This document shows positions 1-15,547 of a stretch of 64,000 nt of DNA, piece by piece. The DNA lies in contig OZ024747.1 in the NCBI GenBank assembly GCA_964016885.1, forward strand, positions 83,142,001-83,206,000, given 5' to 3'. This DNA is from Eledone cirrhosa. Taxonomy: Eukaryota. Within the stretch, counting starts at the first letter, position 1. Each line of letters opens with the position of its first letter. Under the pieces are notes generated by a model, which made no database searches, was not told the origin of the DNA, and worked only from the letters and a program-made list of their open reading frames with translations. A program made the translations under genes and the position numbers.

Positions 1-3000
1 TCACAAACACTTCTTGTTTGATGTATAATGTTCTAATATTTGTCAACCAAAACATTAAAATAATATTTGTAGTACTATTGATATACAAAATTTGGTTGTA
101 TTTGTTGAAGGTTGCTATATGAGATATGATGGTATGTGGTTATGGTGTTCAATTCACAACTGTGAGGTCATACGATTTGATTCTGGGGTTGGGCACCAAA
201 AATTAATTTGATGTACTCATTTTTTTGTTTGTAAATGGTGTAAACTATAAACTTTGTACATAAGTCATGTCTTGCTGTTTTCATTATTTTGAAAACCTAA
301 CATATCTTGTATCCTGTTCTATTAATCCTCTTGTTGCAATATTTCTAATGAAATATGTGCCTATGGTTTCCAAATAGTTTTGAAAATAATCATTAATTTG
401 GAGGGATTTAATATAATTTTCTTAAGATGCTATATGCAACATAATTTAACAAAGCTTCTTTCATAAAATTATGATAGGTTTATAGATAAATATAAACACT
501 TTAAAACAAACAATTTTGTATCATAAAACCTGGGACAGTTTCAGGTAGATTGGTATCAAGAGTTAAGTCTTTGATTGTATAAAGTGTATACAGATTATTT
601 TTTTTTAGTCCTGTACCATATGACACCACAGCAAAATATTCTTTTAAAGTACAAAACACTATGACTGCATCACATTAAAATTAGTCTTTGCTGTAATATA
701 GTGAATTCTTGCCCTAATTTGTTCACTAGTGAAGGTACTATAAACATTTGAACTAACAAGGCTGTTTTTAGGTATTTTTTACTAAATCACTACAAGCTAT
801 TAAGAGTTAAAAACTTTTGTGTTTCTTCAATTTAGTAAAGACTAGGGTGCCTCTGTATGGTCATTCAATCTGCTAGAAATATCAGCTAAATCACCCTTAA
901 ATTGGAAGGGCATGTTGGTTAATATAATCCTGGGTGCATGCTGTCTGCTGAACCAGACACCTTAAAGCAGCTGCAGGAATGTAACAAGGGGGCCTAAATT
1001 TTTTAACAAATCGCTCTTGGAAAGAAAATGAAATTTAATTTATAGTTAACACCCATGCAGTTTTAGCTGACTTAATTATATCTCGGGTTTCTTTGATGAT
1101 TTAATAAGTACTCCAGTCTTATGAAAAGCTATGTTAAATGAAGCAACTTGTTCAATAACACAGTGTAGCCTGGTTTATGAATCAAACCCATCATCATATG
1201 ATCAGGAGTCCAATACCCTGACCACTAAGTCGTGCATTCCGAATCTCTCAACAAATTATCCTTACCGTTCTTGCTACTTACAATAAAAAAAAAAAAAAAC
1301 CCAAAAAACCTAGGTAGCTAGTATCATTTAGTTTGGACAGGAACCACCCCTCTGAATTTGGCTTTCAAAAAATTATGGAAGGTTTTTACATAAATATAAA
1401 TACATCAACTTTTTCATTTTCATATTTCCAATGAAAAGCACGACCTATATTTTAAAATCATTTTGAAAAATATAAAAAATTTGGAAGGATTTAGCAATAT
1501 TTTCTCATTAAGCTGGTGTTTGGAACATAATTTAACAAAAGATTCTTATATAAAATCTCCCATCATAATTTTATATATCTATAAGCACTTTAAAATAGTA
1601 TTATATCGTAAAACCAGGCACAGTTTCTGGCAGCTTGATATCAAAAGGGTTAACTTGCGTTTTATTATAACAATGTTATTTTTTAATGTGTCTACTGTCA
1701 TTTTATTGACATCTTCTAGATCTCAAGTGCCTTTACAGGTGATTCATTAAAAGAGGCATTTCCATGATGAGTATAGCTCAGGTACAGACATGCTTCAATG
1801 TAAAGAACTAGAACAAATATTGCATAGAACAAGCATTTAAGGCAATGTTTGCCTATTAGAGCAGTTGTTAGACATGTAGTCCCCATTATAAGCTTTATAC
1901 TCATCATGAGGGACGTTTCTGAAGCAATGTTCAATGCCTTTCCTGGTACTAACCTTTTTTAGTCACCTCTTACAACACATGGACATGGTGTACTTATTAT
2001 AAACTGGATACAATAATGAAATAAATTACAAGTTTTATATCTGAGAAAAGCCAATAAAATACTAAGTAATTATGAGGGGCAATTGTCTTGTAAGATTTTA
2101 TAAAATATTTCAATTTTTAACAATTGTTATATAGTCCAGGATGCTTACTGCTGAAAATATGTAACAGTTGTGTCGATATGTACATTGGAGTAATTAGCCT
2201 AATTTTAAGGGTTGAGAAAACTCCTCAATTTTGTCAAGGATTTAACAATCTCTCTTGTGTTGGTGCTATGTTAAAATATACCCAGTATACTCTGTAAAGT
2301 GGTTGGCATTCGGACGAGCAGTAGAAACTGCTAAATATAAAACATATGCAAGAGAGGTATGGTGATATGTCAAACCCATGCCCGCATGGAAAACAAGCAT
2401 AAAATGCAGTTGAATTTCATTATTGGAAGAATAACCAAATTATTGCAAAAAGATTTCTAAATATATCCTTCACAAAGTTATTTGTCATACATAGTAACTT
2501 CAATGATGATTAGTCCTCCTATGGTTTTAGTGATAAACATGCAGTTGTTTCGACCAACTGAACATCCAGCTTATGAATAGATGTTTAAGTGGTTGAGTAT
2601 TCCACAATCCATCCAACGGGCTTGCAAAGTTTTCACCTACCCAATCACATGGCTAGGTTTGTCTCAAGGCTATGGTAGAGACACTTGCCTAAGATGTTTT
2701 GTACTTTTCAACATTGTCTTGTTAATGTGGTGCAAGGGTTAAATAATGGAGAATTGACAGAATTGTTTGTCTCAGATTAAATGCCTCAGTGTTCTGGCTC
2801 TCAGTTCAAATCCTGCCAAAGTCAACTTTCTCTTGATCCTTTCAGAGTGAATTAATGTGACAGTGTCCCATCAGCAATGGAAGCTTAGTTTTCATTCTTT
2901 TAATCTCAAAACTGTTGTGTAGTTATTTTAACCTTACTATCAAATTGTAACTAATGTTGCTCTATATGCCACATTTATCAACAGATTAACTACTATCTTC

Positions 3001-4849
3001 TAGCCATTACCATTTAACACATAATATCCTGAACTGCATAAAACTACATTAGCAAGGCACTTATGTAAAGTATAAAATAACACAGTATCACGTGTGAAAA
3101 TTTGTCTTTTCTCTAATAATGTAAACTTTCACATGGATCAGTTAACTTGATTAACTATTATAAATATTTGAATTAACATAATTTGTTTTTAGATATTTTC
3201 TGCCAAATCCGTTTTAGATATGTATAAATACTTTTGTATCATAGAACCAGAGGCTATTTCAGGTGGTTCGATGTCAAAGGGGTTATGCTGATAAATGCAG
3301 GCAAAGGTCAACGAGGCTCCAAATATGAATACTTACTTTTGGTTGTTCTTTTTGTTTGCATTCAATCCTATTATTGTTACTATTATTAATATGAGTTTTT
3401 AATTTAGACACAATGCCTGCAATTTTTGAGATGGTCGATAATTGACCCCAGCACTGGACTGGTACTTTATTTTATCAACCCTGGAAGGATAAAGGGCAAA
3501 ATTGACCTTGGCGAGATTTGAACTGTGTTATTTGAACCATGTGGCTTAGTAGTTAAAGCATTGAGCTCAGAGTTGGTATGATTCCTGGACTGGACAATGT
3601 TTTGTACTTGAGCAAGATACTTTATTTCAAATTGGTACAGACCACTCAGCCAAAGAAAATGAATACCAGCAGCAGCTTGGGGTCATGTCCAAAGATTCAG
3701 TTGCTTAACTTTCATTACTATATTTCAAGCAATTAATGGATCATTTCTGGGGGACTTTCCAAAATGATTTCATTTTTAAGATGTTATTTGTCTCATAAGG
3801 GTTTTATATCATTATGTGGAAATATTTCAATTCAAATAGGAATCATTTAGAATGGATGGTTTTGTTTCATAGAAACAGGGCCAAAAAGATAACCAATACA
3901 TGATTAACCTTTTTGATATCAACCTAGCCAAAACTGACTGATTCTATCAATAAGGGCTACTCATTTTAAATTTAAATCTCCCAACATATGTTGAATTAGT
4001 ATTTTAGTAAATCCCTAAATATTCATCATTACTTAGTGGTCGTAAAAGGGTTAATGTGTACTGGTCACGTCATTTTCAGAAATTTTGTATTTATTTCGTA
4101 TTGAAATTTAAAATGTGGATGGTACGTAGTTTTTTACTCTCTACATTCTTAGTTTAAACACCTAGTCAATTTTTATAAGGATTTTCATTTTGTTTGTTGT
4201 TTCTTCTCATTCAACAATGTTGCCTTAGTTTTAAGCTATTTCTGAATCTCTCTCATTGGTAAATTAGAAGAGGCCTAATGATTGTGTTTTTGATTCCTGC
4301 ACCAGGCAGAATATTGTGTTCTATTGTACCTTGTTTCACATAGTTCTTTCTGCCAGCAGATAGTATCAGCTATGGAAAGATGCATGGAAACATTTCCTTG
4401 GTTTGATCTAACAATTGACTCCTTTCTTTTTTCCTTGTCTAATTTTAATGGTCACCAACTTGAATATTATCAATTCTTTCTTGCTGTTTATAATTTTGTC
4501 TCATTCTAAATGATTTACACTTGTTACATATGTTGAAAGCTATTTCTAAGTACCACAATTTGTTTTGACTATTAATATCTTGAAACATTCAATGTGTTGG
4601 TATGAATGAACTAAAAATAATTGCAATTTGTTAATGCTATGCAGAGCACATAATTCTGCTTGCAATATGTATTTTGATTTTTGTTAATTAGAATCTCAAA
4701 ATTTGTGAATTAGCTAGCATATATTTTGTGCAGATAATCAAATTATTGAAACATTCAGTTCAAATCTAGCAAAGATGCTTATAATTTGAAAGCCATTACA
4801 AATATTTCTAGTTATGTTCAAGGCTATCAGTCAACTCCAGTTACCTTAT

Positions 4850-5185
4850 TTCTATTGTCAATGTATGGAATAAATTTAGTGTCAAATATACTGATTTGGA
4901 TTTGGGGGCAAAGTAGCTACAAATTGTAATAATGTTTGTTTTTGTTGCCAATATATGGAATAAACTTAGTTTTAATTATACTTGCTTGAATTTTGGGCTG
5001 GGGTAACAGTTATATTTTAACTACAAATTGTAATGATAAATGTTTTTATTTCTCTTGGTAATGTATGAAATAAATTTAGTTTCAAGTTTACTGACTTGAA
5101 TTTTTGAGTGAGATAGCAGTATTTTATATTTAATAGTTAGATTTAAATTACAAATGGTAATAATAAATGTTGTCATTTCCTCTTG
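4850..5185. repeat. Three diverged ~90-110-bp tandem units
   Basis: AATGTATGGAATAAATTTAGT...TACAAATTGTAAT recurs at ~4860, 4950 and 5060. Confidence 0.75.
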
Positions 5186-6963
5186 TGTTCAGTTGTCATT
5201 CATGTTATAAAAAAAAGATAGTGTTTTAAAATGTTTTGTTAGAAATCCTGCCTGTACCTGATTCCTGTTTACATAAGGTGTAGCTGTTAGTTCTTCTCAA
5301 ACTGCCTCTGTATCCTAGTTACTATTGTTATTAGTTGACATTGATTTACTTAGTTCCCTAGTTTGCTTAGTGGTTAGTGAGCTCAGACAATGATAGTAAG
5401 ATCATGAGTTCAATTCCCGGACCAGGCAGGAAGACATTTCATTTTTCCAATGCGCTTATTTAACTCTGGGAAGAAATGAGTTGGATAACATAGATGTTGT
5501 AAAGAGGAGACACTTGCATGCATGACTAATGGCTGGTCTTCTTCAAAACATCATGCTCAGGATTGTGTCTCGGAGGCAAACCCATGGCTGAAAGGAGCCT
5601 TTTAGCTCATAAATTCAAAGTGGCTTGATATGTTTTGTTTTCAGTGTAGTCCATTATCATTGAGATGTTCTTGGATAATTATACATGAGCATGATGCTCA
5701 TTTCCTTTTTTATGAAACCACAGTTGTTGTTACTACCCATGAGTTTAAAGTAGATTCTTCTGTCTATGAATCTGCACTCACCTCATCAGGACTCCATCAT
5801 AGAGCTTTGCAATGTTTCTTTGAGAAGCAGGTCACTGCATTCTTAAGTATCCCAACTGTTCCATAACTGCTTATTCGCTTGGCTAACCCACATATTTTGA
5901 AGCTGGCCCTTCTATCTAAGGGTCATTCCACTGTCTGCTACTTGTGGATGTGTTCGATATTTCACTAATTAATCACCTGTAATTCTGAACATCTGTATGT
6001 GCCGCCACATATTTTTCAAAATTGATCACTTAATTATTTTGAAGTTAATTTCTATTCAAATGATTTCAAATCTAAATATAATCTTAATGATGTTTGTATT
6101 TGTAATATACATATGTTTCTGTGTATTCTGTTTCAAATCAATATATTTAACACTGTAAACATGAACCGAGAGTTGTACTTGGCATTCAACCAGGATAGGT
6201 TGAGCCAGCTCCAACCAGTATATTCACAGTACAGAGACCACCCATAAATTGTTTGTTCTTGGTGGAATTTATGTAATGCTTAACGAGTACTTGTAACTAA
6301 CTGTGCATGCTTTCTATTTAGCAATCATTAATACTTTTGAAAATAATTTGCAGAGATATAATTAATGTAATTAATTTTCTCATTGTGTTAGTGTTTGGAG
6401 CATAAAGGTTCTTGCATAAATTATAACGGAGTGTCTAGATAAATATAAACATCTGTATCACCAAGCCAGGGAATGTTTCAGATGGTTTATTATCAAAAGG
6501 GTTAAGAAAACTGTACTTTGTCATTTGGCTGGTGCACCTCCTTCCTCTCAATAATAAGTTGAAATCTTGGATTGTATGTCTTTGAAATATCTTTAACCAA
6601 TGTTGATCTAATCTATCAAATTTTAAATATGAAAGTCTAAATTTTGAAACTGAATTATTTGGCTAATGGGTTTTATATATATGTGTGTGTGTGTGTGTAT
6701 AAACCTAGCGTATTTTTTAATGTATAAAACTCACATTTTTATAAATAGATATCAAAATCTACCAATACACAAGCAATGCTGTATGTTGCCCCTCTCCCAT
6801 GTTTTCCTTGACAGTAAGGGTACATTCTTACACTCTGAAAAATACAGTACTTTATATTAATGATGCTCAGATATATTTTTATTTAAAATAAATATTGCTA
6901 AGCTTCGTTTCAGTTGAATTATCTTCCTCTTTTTTCTTTTTCACCCCCTCCTTTATTTTAAAG

Positions 6964-7085
6964 CTGGCTGAATCCAAAGTTTTCATTGCTTCGTCTGTGC
7001 AGAGTGTCCCACCCACTGAACCATGTGCTGTTGCCCCTTCAGGTTCACCAGCTATGAACGATGCAACTAATACCAGTCTATCAAG
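6964..7085 (+). CDS. UBAP2: UBAP2/UBAP2L (lingerer-like) internal exon, first in window: LAESKVFIASS...TSLS(R)
   Basis: Polypyrimidine tract + AG at 6962-63, donor GTAGGC at 7086. LAESKVFIAS matches the vertebrate UBAP2/UBAP2L LSETK(I/V)FTAS motif. The phase-2 end joins in frame to 17216. Confidence 0.85.
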
Positions 7086-10000
7086 GTAGGCAAAAAACTC
7101 TATATATTACTTCTCCTCTAACTTCTCTCTGATTACTCAATGAAAGGATCTTAAAGTTTCTGATAAAAACATTGATGCTTTCAGCTTCACCTTTGCTGCT
7201 GCGAACCTGTACCATCAACAAATTTAACTCTTTGAATATTATCCTAGCTTTTTGCATAATTTTTTCCCTCCCAGAACACTGGGCATTGGTTTGAAAAATG
7301 GCTGTTTCATGCATGAAATAAGTTGGATATTGGTGTGCTATTTCCAATGTCTTTGTCTTTTTCTCTACTCTATATAAGGCAAAAGAATTCTTGTTATATG
7401 AATATTTCAGCAAAGGCTGTACATCTAGTACTTTGACTAAAGGAAACTGATTTTCTGATGAATTAGGACTGTGAAAGTAAGCATTAAAAACAACTAATTA
7501 TGCACATTGGCACATGTAAGCATATACTTCAGAGTTATTTATTTTATTAATTCAATGATTTGATCAGGGAAAGGGGCAGTGCCCAGAGCCTTTGGTTCTC
7601 ATAGATTGCTGAAATCAATGCAATTAATGCTTTTCCTGAACCGGTTGAAGTTTCTTACATGTTATATATTAAAAATATATAGTTTTGCTTTCAGAGGAGA
7701 TAGTGTCTCCTTGTGTTTGAGAGGGGTGGAAGACAGTAGCTAGGGTGTTCGGCTTATGATCATAAGGTCATGAGTTTGATTCCTGGACTGAGCAGTATAT
7801 TGTCCCTTTCAGCAAGACACTTCATTTCATGTTGCTCCAGTTTATTTAACTGGAAAGAAAATGTATACTAACAACTGGGGCTTAAGCTCTGTATTAAGCT
7901 GGCACCTCTGGTGCAGGGATCTTTTCATGATACGGCTGAGGCCCTTATTAAAAAAAAAAACCAAAGAAAAAATGAGAGATGTCTCCTTTAAGATACAGCT
8001 TCATAGAAGTCTGGCTGTACCTACATAGATGTGAGCAGTAACATTAGATGAAAATAGGCAAAGACATGCCACAAATATATTAATTTTGTAAGAGAACTAC
8101 CAACAATAGTTTTTCAGAAATGGGGGGGGGGGGGGATAGTTTAAAGTTTTAAAATTGTGTTAAATGTATGAAAAGTTTCATATCTTGGTGGTATTTTATT
8201 TTATTGCAGTTTTCTATTTGAAATGATGAAATAGCTTTCCTTTTTGTTTTTCTTTTTTTTCTTTTTTCTTTTTTCTTTTTTCTTTTTTCTTTTTTCTTTT
8301 TTCTTTTTTCTTTTTCTGCAGCCATTTGCTGTCAATTTTTGTTTTCTTTTGTTTTGTTTTTAAATTTTTGCTGGTTTCACTTTGAATCAGAAAAGTAAAA
8401 AAATTGACTAATTTCCAAAAAGGAATGACAATGTTGTTTGTGGGTTAACTTTCACTAGAACTAATAAGTTTTAAATATTAACCCTTTCATCACTGTACTT
8501 CTAATGAAGTACACTTTTAATTGATTGATGAAAAATTTTGCGGGATTTACTAAAAAAAATTATTTCATTACTAGGATAGCTTACTTCAAAATTATGTTGG
8601 AAGATTTTGATATAGAATTCTTTTGGGTTTATTTCATAGAACAAGAATCAGTTTTGAAAGGGTTGGTATCGTGTTTCACCTTTCATAAATGCATTTATAA
8701 ATGTTTCGATTAAATCCTAAAATAGTCATTGAAATTTAGATTCGTTTTGTAAAACAAGTATCTTTTTATTTATTGATATATGGGAGTGGTGTTTAGAACA
8801 ATTTAATAAAGGGTTCTTAAATTAATCTATAGTTAAAAACTTAATGTAATTATAATGTCAATTAAATGTTGACCCTTTTGTTATTAATTTCAAAAGTAAT
8901 CAAGTATTTGAAAGAATTTATTAATTATGAAACTGGGGTTTGGAATATAACTTAAAGGTCCTAACATAGAATTATTGATGAAGAATGTTTGGTTAATTAG
9001 AATCTCAAAATAAATAACTTTGTATCACATAAAATGTTGCAGTTTGGTGTACATATCACTATATAAAAAATTATTAACCAGTGTTCGACTGTGATATTAA
9101 ACAGAATTGTACTTTAAGGCATGAGAAAAGAATTGTGTGCATTATTGGATTCTCAAAATGTTTAAAAAACTACAAAGCGCAGTACTTTTACATATACCAT
9201 ATTAAGCGTTTTAAGGCCACTTTCCTTGCCAAAGCAAACATTACCTTTGTAGGCCCCATGGTGTACTCACTTTCATCATGGAATCCTTTGTGAGACAATG
9301 TTTTACAGCCAGTTGTCCTTCCTGGTAGTAGCCCTTTTAGATACCTCTTATAATACATAGGAATACAGTGTGGAATTCTAAACTGGATCCACTCATAATG
9401 GTGAAAAGATATCCTATTCTGAAATTGAAAACAAGATAAATTTGGAAATAACTCATTTTAATACAAATATTTACAATTTCTTTCATAGACATATGTAAAT
9501 ATGGAGGCATGTGGCCTAGATGTTAGGGTGTTGTATCTGCAAATATGAGGTTATGGGTTTGAGCAGCATGTTGAGTTCTTGGACAAGATGCTTCATTTAA
9601 TGCTTTTTATGATAGGAGTGGGGCCCCTGTCTTTAAAACACTTGAGAAACCTGTGAGTTGTGGCTTTGTACAAGGCCAGCTAAACCTACATAGGTAAATT
9701 TCATGTGAAAATGTATATGACTAGTCTTTTTTGTCTGTATAATAAAAGTCCAATCCACAGCAGTATCCACTGTCTGTCTCACAGACGTTCCAAAAACATG
9801 TCCCAATTTGTGGGTTTACACGAAATATATACTACCAGAAACATATCCAGCCTATTACACTCTACCATTCCTTCTTTCTCACGAGTTGTAAAAAAACTTT
9901 AAATGTGCTACTAACAGTTTGATAATCTTAACACTCGGTTTTATTTTTATTGGAAAAGAAAAAGTGTCCATATTTTCTCAAAAAATGTTGCAGTCCATAA

Positions 10001-11572
10001 ATTGTCCTTTTCCCTGTATTATATTCTGCATAGCTATCAGTTATCTGAAACAGTTTCAGTACAACATCAATATCAACAATCATTTTTCGGCTATTTTCCC
10101 TGTAAAACAGGGTTTAGCCTTGTGAGCCCCATAAGTTTCTCCATTCTCTCCTATTGTCTTCAATTCCACTTCCATCATTTTCAACCATGTCTTTCTTGGT
10201 CCTCCCCACTACACTTTTCCACAACACTTTACCCAGCGATCTTATTGTTTTTCACTTAATATTTATCACTGGCTCTATTCCCATCATCTTCTACAATTCA
10301 TTGCTTTGTTATCCTGTCTCTGAGCGATACTCTACTCATCCACCTAACTATTCTCATTTCCATTATATCCAGCCTTCTCTGCTTCTCCATATCTTGCTTC
10401 TATAAATCGTGGCACATCTCACACATTTTGCATACACCTTTCCCTTCAGCTTCAGTGACACATCTCATCTCATTAGTGCACTACATCTGACTCTACATAT
10501 TGTCCACATGTCTGATCCACCTTCAACATTTGTGTATCTGGTTTAGAATTGGCACACTATATATAACCCTGTGCGTTGTAAGATGCAACTAAAAGATTTG
10601 GTGCCATAAAAGGGCATCCAGATATAAAACATTTGCTCCCGGTAATGTATATAATATCTGAAACAGTTTCTATGAGATAACAAGTCAGTTTTGAAGCAAC
10701 AGGAAGGCTGGGTCTGGTTTCTTCTGAGAGTTTTTGGAAGGAAAATATTTTTGAGTTTTCACCTCATTCTGTTTCTGGGATTGATTCATCATTACTTTCA
10801 TTTTCGCCATTGAAGTTTATTTTCACTGTCTGAAATAGATGTATCTAAGTTAAAGTCAACCATATGGATATGCTTGTTGTATGTTTCAATGGCTGCAGTT
10901 CTTCAAAATCAGTCACTCCTACTACTAAATCATAGTGCCTCAGTTAGTGTTAGGTTATGGTTATTACGGTTCCTGGACTAGCTAATATGTTGTATTCTTG
11001 AGCAAGAAGCTTAATTTTGTGTTGCTTTTAGGACTAGGGTTCCGATCACTAAAATACCCAAGAAACCCATGAGATGCAACTTCATAGGAATTTTTTTTTG
11101 AATTTTTTCTAAATCAGAAATGAGTGTCCATTTCTCAAAAGGGTAAATATTATAGGTAGGAAAATGTGGGTTAGATAGCCCTGCTAAAAACTAAATAGAT
11201 TTGTGATGTAAGAATGCCAAATGTTTTAGTGAAATCAAGATGTGGTTCCCCAACCAGTGTAGTCTTGGACAGTGACAACCCATTCAACCCTTGTCAGCAT
11301 GGAAAGCAGATGTAAAATTATTATACTTTATAATCTCAGTGTATCAACTTTTTAACCAAACATTTTTCTGGTTTCTCCAGAGTAGCTTTCCTAACTAATG
11401 CTAAACTTAATTTATGAATATACAGTAGCAAAAAAACTTGGCTACTGTCTTATATGCACCACTTGACATTCAATAATTACAGTTTAATATAAAGTATTCC
11501 AATCTTAGGCTATTTTTCTCTCATAGATCAGTTTATATATATATATATATAATGAAATCCACATCGTGTAAG

Positions 11573-11613
<41 letters not shown>

Positions 11614-14600
11614 TATAAAATTACATTTTAAAAAATTACATTTAAAAAAATTAGTTGTAATATTTATGTATGGAGTCATTTAGTAACAAGTAAAGTTCTG
11701 TGCCATAAAACCAAGGGCAGTTTATAATTTTAGTTGCATTCTTTAAAAAACATTTTGAAATTAGGACTAAAATTAATGCATTATTTCTTTTCAATATTGT
11801 AAAGAAATGAGCAATAAGGAAATAGGAAGGAAGCTTTGTCAGAGTTTTGAGGGGATTATTTCTTCTTTGCTAGGGCCAGTAGTTACGCTAGTGTTAGATT
11901 GAAACTTTTGAATGATTAGCTATAAAGACAATCCAGTATTCAGTATATTTGGTTACAAATGGTGATAGTTAAAGTATAAAATTTGCCATTAGGTTTCTCT
12001 CTCCCATATTTTAATAATTAGGATGAGTTTTGTGACTCCTTATAATCTAAAATACTTCAGTAAATAGTTTCTTAATTTATCTAGCTTTTTGCACACATAT
12101 ATTCATAATTCTCAGAATATTTGAAATCTATCTGATAAACATTTGGCTTTGTGTCTTTGCAGCATTTATTAGTCATCTCAGTGATTCTCTACCTTGTGTT
12201 TCTCAATTAATTTGTAATTTATTGCTTCAATGGAACAAAGGTTACATTTGGCTTTAGTGTTTTTTTTAAATATACGTGTTTTGATGACAAATTCTAAGCC
12301 AAATTTCAAATGTTCATTTTGCTTAACTCTTAATGTCCTGTGCCACATGGAAACATAGCATCACAATTGTCAAGAAAAGTACAAAACAGCAATGAACTCT
12401 CTAATGTATGAGAAAAACTCTAAATGCACACATTTTTTAGTATAATTGACTGCATTGCATTAAACAATAGTGTCTTTACTCAATCTAATACTAAACATTT
12501 TCACAATCTGTCCTCCAGATACTATATACATTTGAATTAAACATTTTTGACCACATCATTACAACTTTTTTAAAGAGTTAAATCCATGACAAAGAATTTT
12601 AGCTTAATGGAAACATGTTGGCTTTTGGGTTTTTTTTCTAATATTTAACTTCCTGTAATGATTAAACAGAAAATAGTTAAAATCAGGTTTAATTCGATTC
12701 ATTATAGTATCTTTATTCGTAGACAAATCATTGTGAACATTTGCGGTATTAAAGACTAATTTTTCATGTGAAACACCCATAGTGTTCTTTTAGGCTTTTC
12801 AAGAATGTCTTGGTAATGAGGTTGTATGTGGTACAGGATGTTAAGCTGTCCAGGTAGTGTCTGGTTTAGATCAGTTTTTGATATGGAAAACAATAGACTA
12901 TATATATTTGACAAATAGCTATAAACTTCTGGCCTTCTGTGAAACCAGCAACATGTGCATTGTTCAAAAGTATAAGTCATTCAATATTCACAAAGAACTC
13001 TGGATGATATTGTTCAAAGTTTTAATCTGAATTGTAAATTAAAAAATATATATGAATATATATATGTGTATGTGTGCATATATATATAAATATATATATA
13101 TATATTCTTTCTTGGTCTCTTAGTTTTGTTTTGTTCTTGTTTCTTCAGCAAAAATAATAATAAACCTTAATATGGCTGTTAAAAGGCAACAGAATTTCTT
13201 CATTAAAAAAAAAAAATTTTTTTTTCCAGTTTTTTTTAACTCTTAACATCCTAAAAATATATATAAGCAAGTTTGTTAAATCAAATGTTTATAGTGTCTT
13301 TAGAGGTGGCAAAAAGCGAAGTTGTTAGAATGAAATGCCTTGGTATTTTTTTTTTCTAGCTCACTTCATTCTGAGTTCAAATCCCACCAAGACAAATTTT
13401 GGCTTTCATTCTTTCGGAGGCGATAAAATGCTAGTCCATGGATGCAATAGATTGGCTCACTTGTTAACTCTTGACAGTCTTTAATGATTTAACAGAAAAT
13501 GCCTTTAATATTTAAAAAAAAAAAAAAAAAGTGGGGGTTGTTAGTTCAAATGTTTTACTAATGAACAGATGAGGAAAATTTGGAGTAAACTGAAGATTTT
13601 AATTTTTAATGTGATGCAGTTAATAGTGCTGCTTTGTACATTTCAAAAAGGTAGTTTAATATGGTATGAGAGATTGAATTAGTTGGGTGGAATGCTCTGC
13701 TCTGTACATTCTGCAATCAAATCTCACTTCATTCTGTCAAGAGATGCAGCCAACAGATAGTATCAAGCAATAGAAAGACTTATGGTAACATTAGTTACCT
13801 TGGTCCAATGTCAATCAGCTTCTTTCCTTTCATGGCGTGTTCACTAGTGGATAGATCATTGTGAAAATTTGCAGTATTAGAGTTAAAATGTTAATGTGAT
13901 AGAGGTTCATGTGGCACAGGATGTTAAGAGTTAAGCTGAAAGACCATAATATTGGTTTAGATTTATATTTGCCGTATCATGGTTATCATTGATCTTTTTT
14001 TTTTTTTTGCTCTTTTTTTTTAAAAACCTCTCCTTTAAGTCTCATCATTCATTTTCACCCATTTTTTTTCTTCTTTAGAAATATATTCAAAAAAATCAAT
14101 GGGAGTGAGGAAGTTGAGAGGCATCAAAATCTGTAAGTGTGTTCCTACCAACTAGCCTTATTACTTGGCTAAAACAAAACAGTCACACTTTTCTCTCTTT
14201 CTCTCTCTGATTCAAGATCACAATCATTTATTTGTTCATTCATTTTCACACAACACTATTGTGGAAAAATCAATTTAAATGTCACACAATCTTTTATTTT
14301 TTCTTCTTGCTATTCTTGTTTTTGTTTATATATATATATATGTATATGTATATATACCAATTACCTTCACTTCCATTCATTTTATATAAGTGTGTATGTA
14401 TATATTATATACACATAGGCAACAAATTGGCTGGCCTGTTAGGGCATCAGAGTAAATGCTTTGGTATTTGTTTTGGCTCATTTTGCTCCGAGTTCATATA
14501 TCTTCCCCAGATCAACGTTACCTTTCATCCTATTGGGTTGATAAAGTACCTGGACAGGATACCTTGTGATATATGATTTGGCTTTGTTCACTCTGAGTTA

Positions 14601-14719
14601 AACTTTCACCTTTTTCTGTCAGGTGTTGTGACTGGCAGATAGTGTCAGTAATAGAAAGATCAATGGAGAACATTGTTTCCTTGATCCAATCTGACAACCA
14701 GCCCCTTTCATTTTATACA

Positions 14720-14778
<59 letters not shown>

Positions 14779-15547
14779 TCTGTTGGTCTGATCATTTCTG
14801 TCTGGTTTCATTAAAACATAAAAAGTTAGTTAATTATCCTCTAAATTAATGTTTGTATTCATTTGTGATGCATGATTGTTAAATGTAAAAAAATACTAAA
14901 GGCTGAAGATTTTTCATGTCTTGTATCAGTAATCATTATCTTTTGGATTTTGGAAAGTATTAGGAAGCTTTTAGACCCCCATTTTATTTGACTATATGCC
15001 TAGTGATTGAGGACTTCTGTTTTATTTTCTTAAAAACTTTTCTTGGGATCAGTTTTGTCATTAAAGTTCATCACATCACTTGGCTGTTTTGTAGTAGTTG
15101 AGGTTCAGTTAGAGTATTATTATTATTATTATTATATGCATCTTATTTTTGTTGTATTATTATGAGTAGATTTTTCCAAATGATATTGGTTACTAAATTT
15201 ATAAGAATAAAGAACAATTGTGTTTGTAGAATGAAAGGTGATTTATCGTGAAATTGCTTTTGTTTTTTTGTTTTTTGTTTTTTTGTCTATATGTTCTTTT
15301 CTGTGGAAAGTTTTTTGTTGCACTCATAGTAACTAGTTAATTGATTATTAAATGTTTTGTGTATGTTGTGTGAATGATTCTGATTTAATTCCATTGTGGT
15401 AACTAATATTGTCTAATGTATTATTAGCTTGAAAGTGAGTTTTTACATTGCATTATATAATTACACCTCTTTATCTTAAGCTATTTTATTGACTTTTCCA
15501 CCAAATTTATTCCTTAAATCACAGGCATTAAAGAAATCCTGCTAAAT

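Noticed and set aside
1763-1908. Inverted repeat CATGATGAGTATA..GCT / AGCTTTATACTCATCATG as an ncRNA
   Set aside because: Looks like MITE termini, and the right part recurs near 16500, so it is a dispersed repeat.
2499-2565. ATGATGA...CTGA snoRNA-like spacing
   Set aside because: No terminal stem, and the D-box side runs into a dispersed repeat.
7081-7413. 110-aa - strand ORF next to a UBAP2 exon
   Set aside because: Non-ATG start, no recognisable motif, and antisense to an intron. Likely chance.
7448-7537. Hammerhead-like CTGATGA...GAAA
   Set aside because: Stem II is not convincingly paired and stem III/cleavage triplet cannot be put in register.
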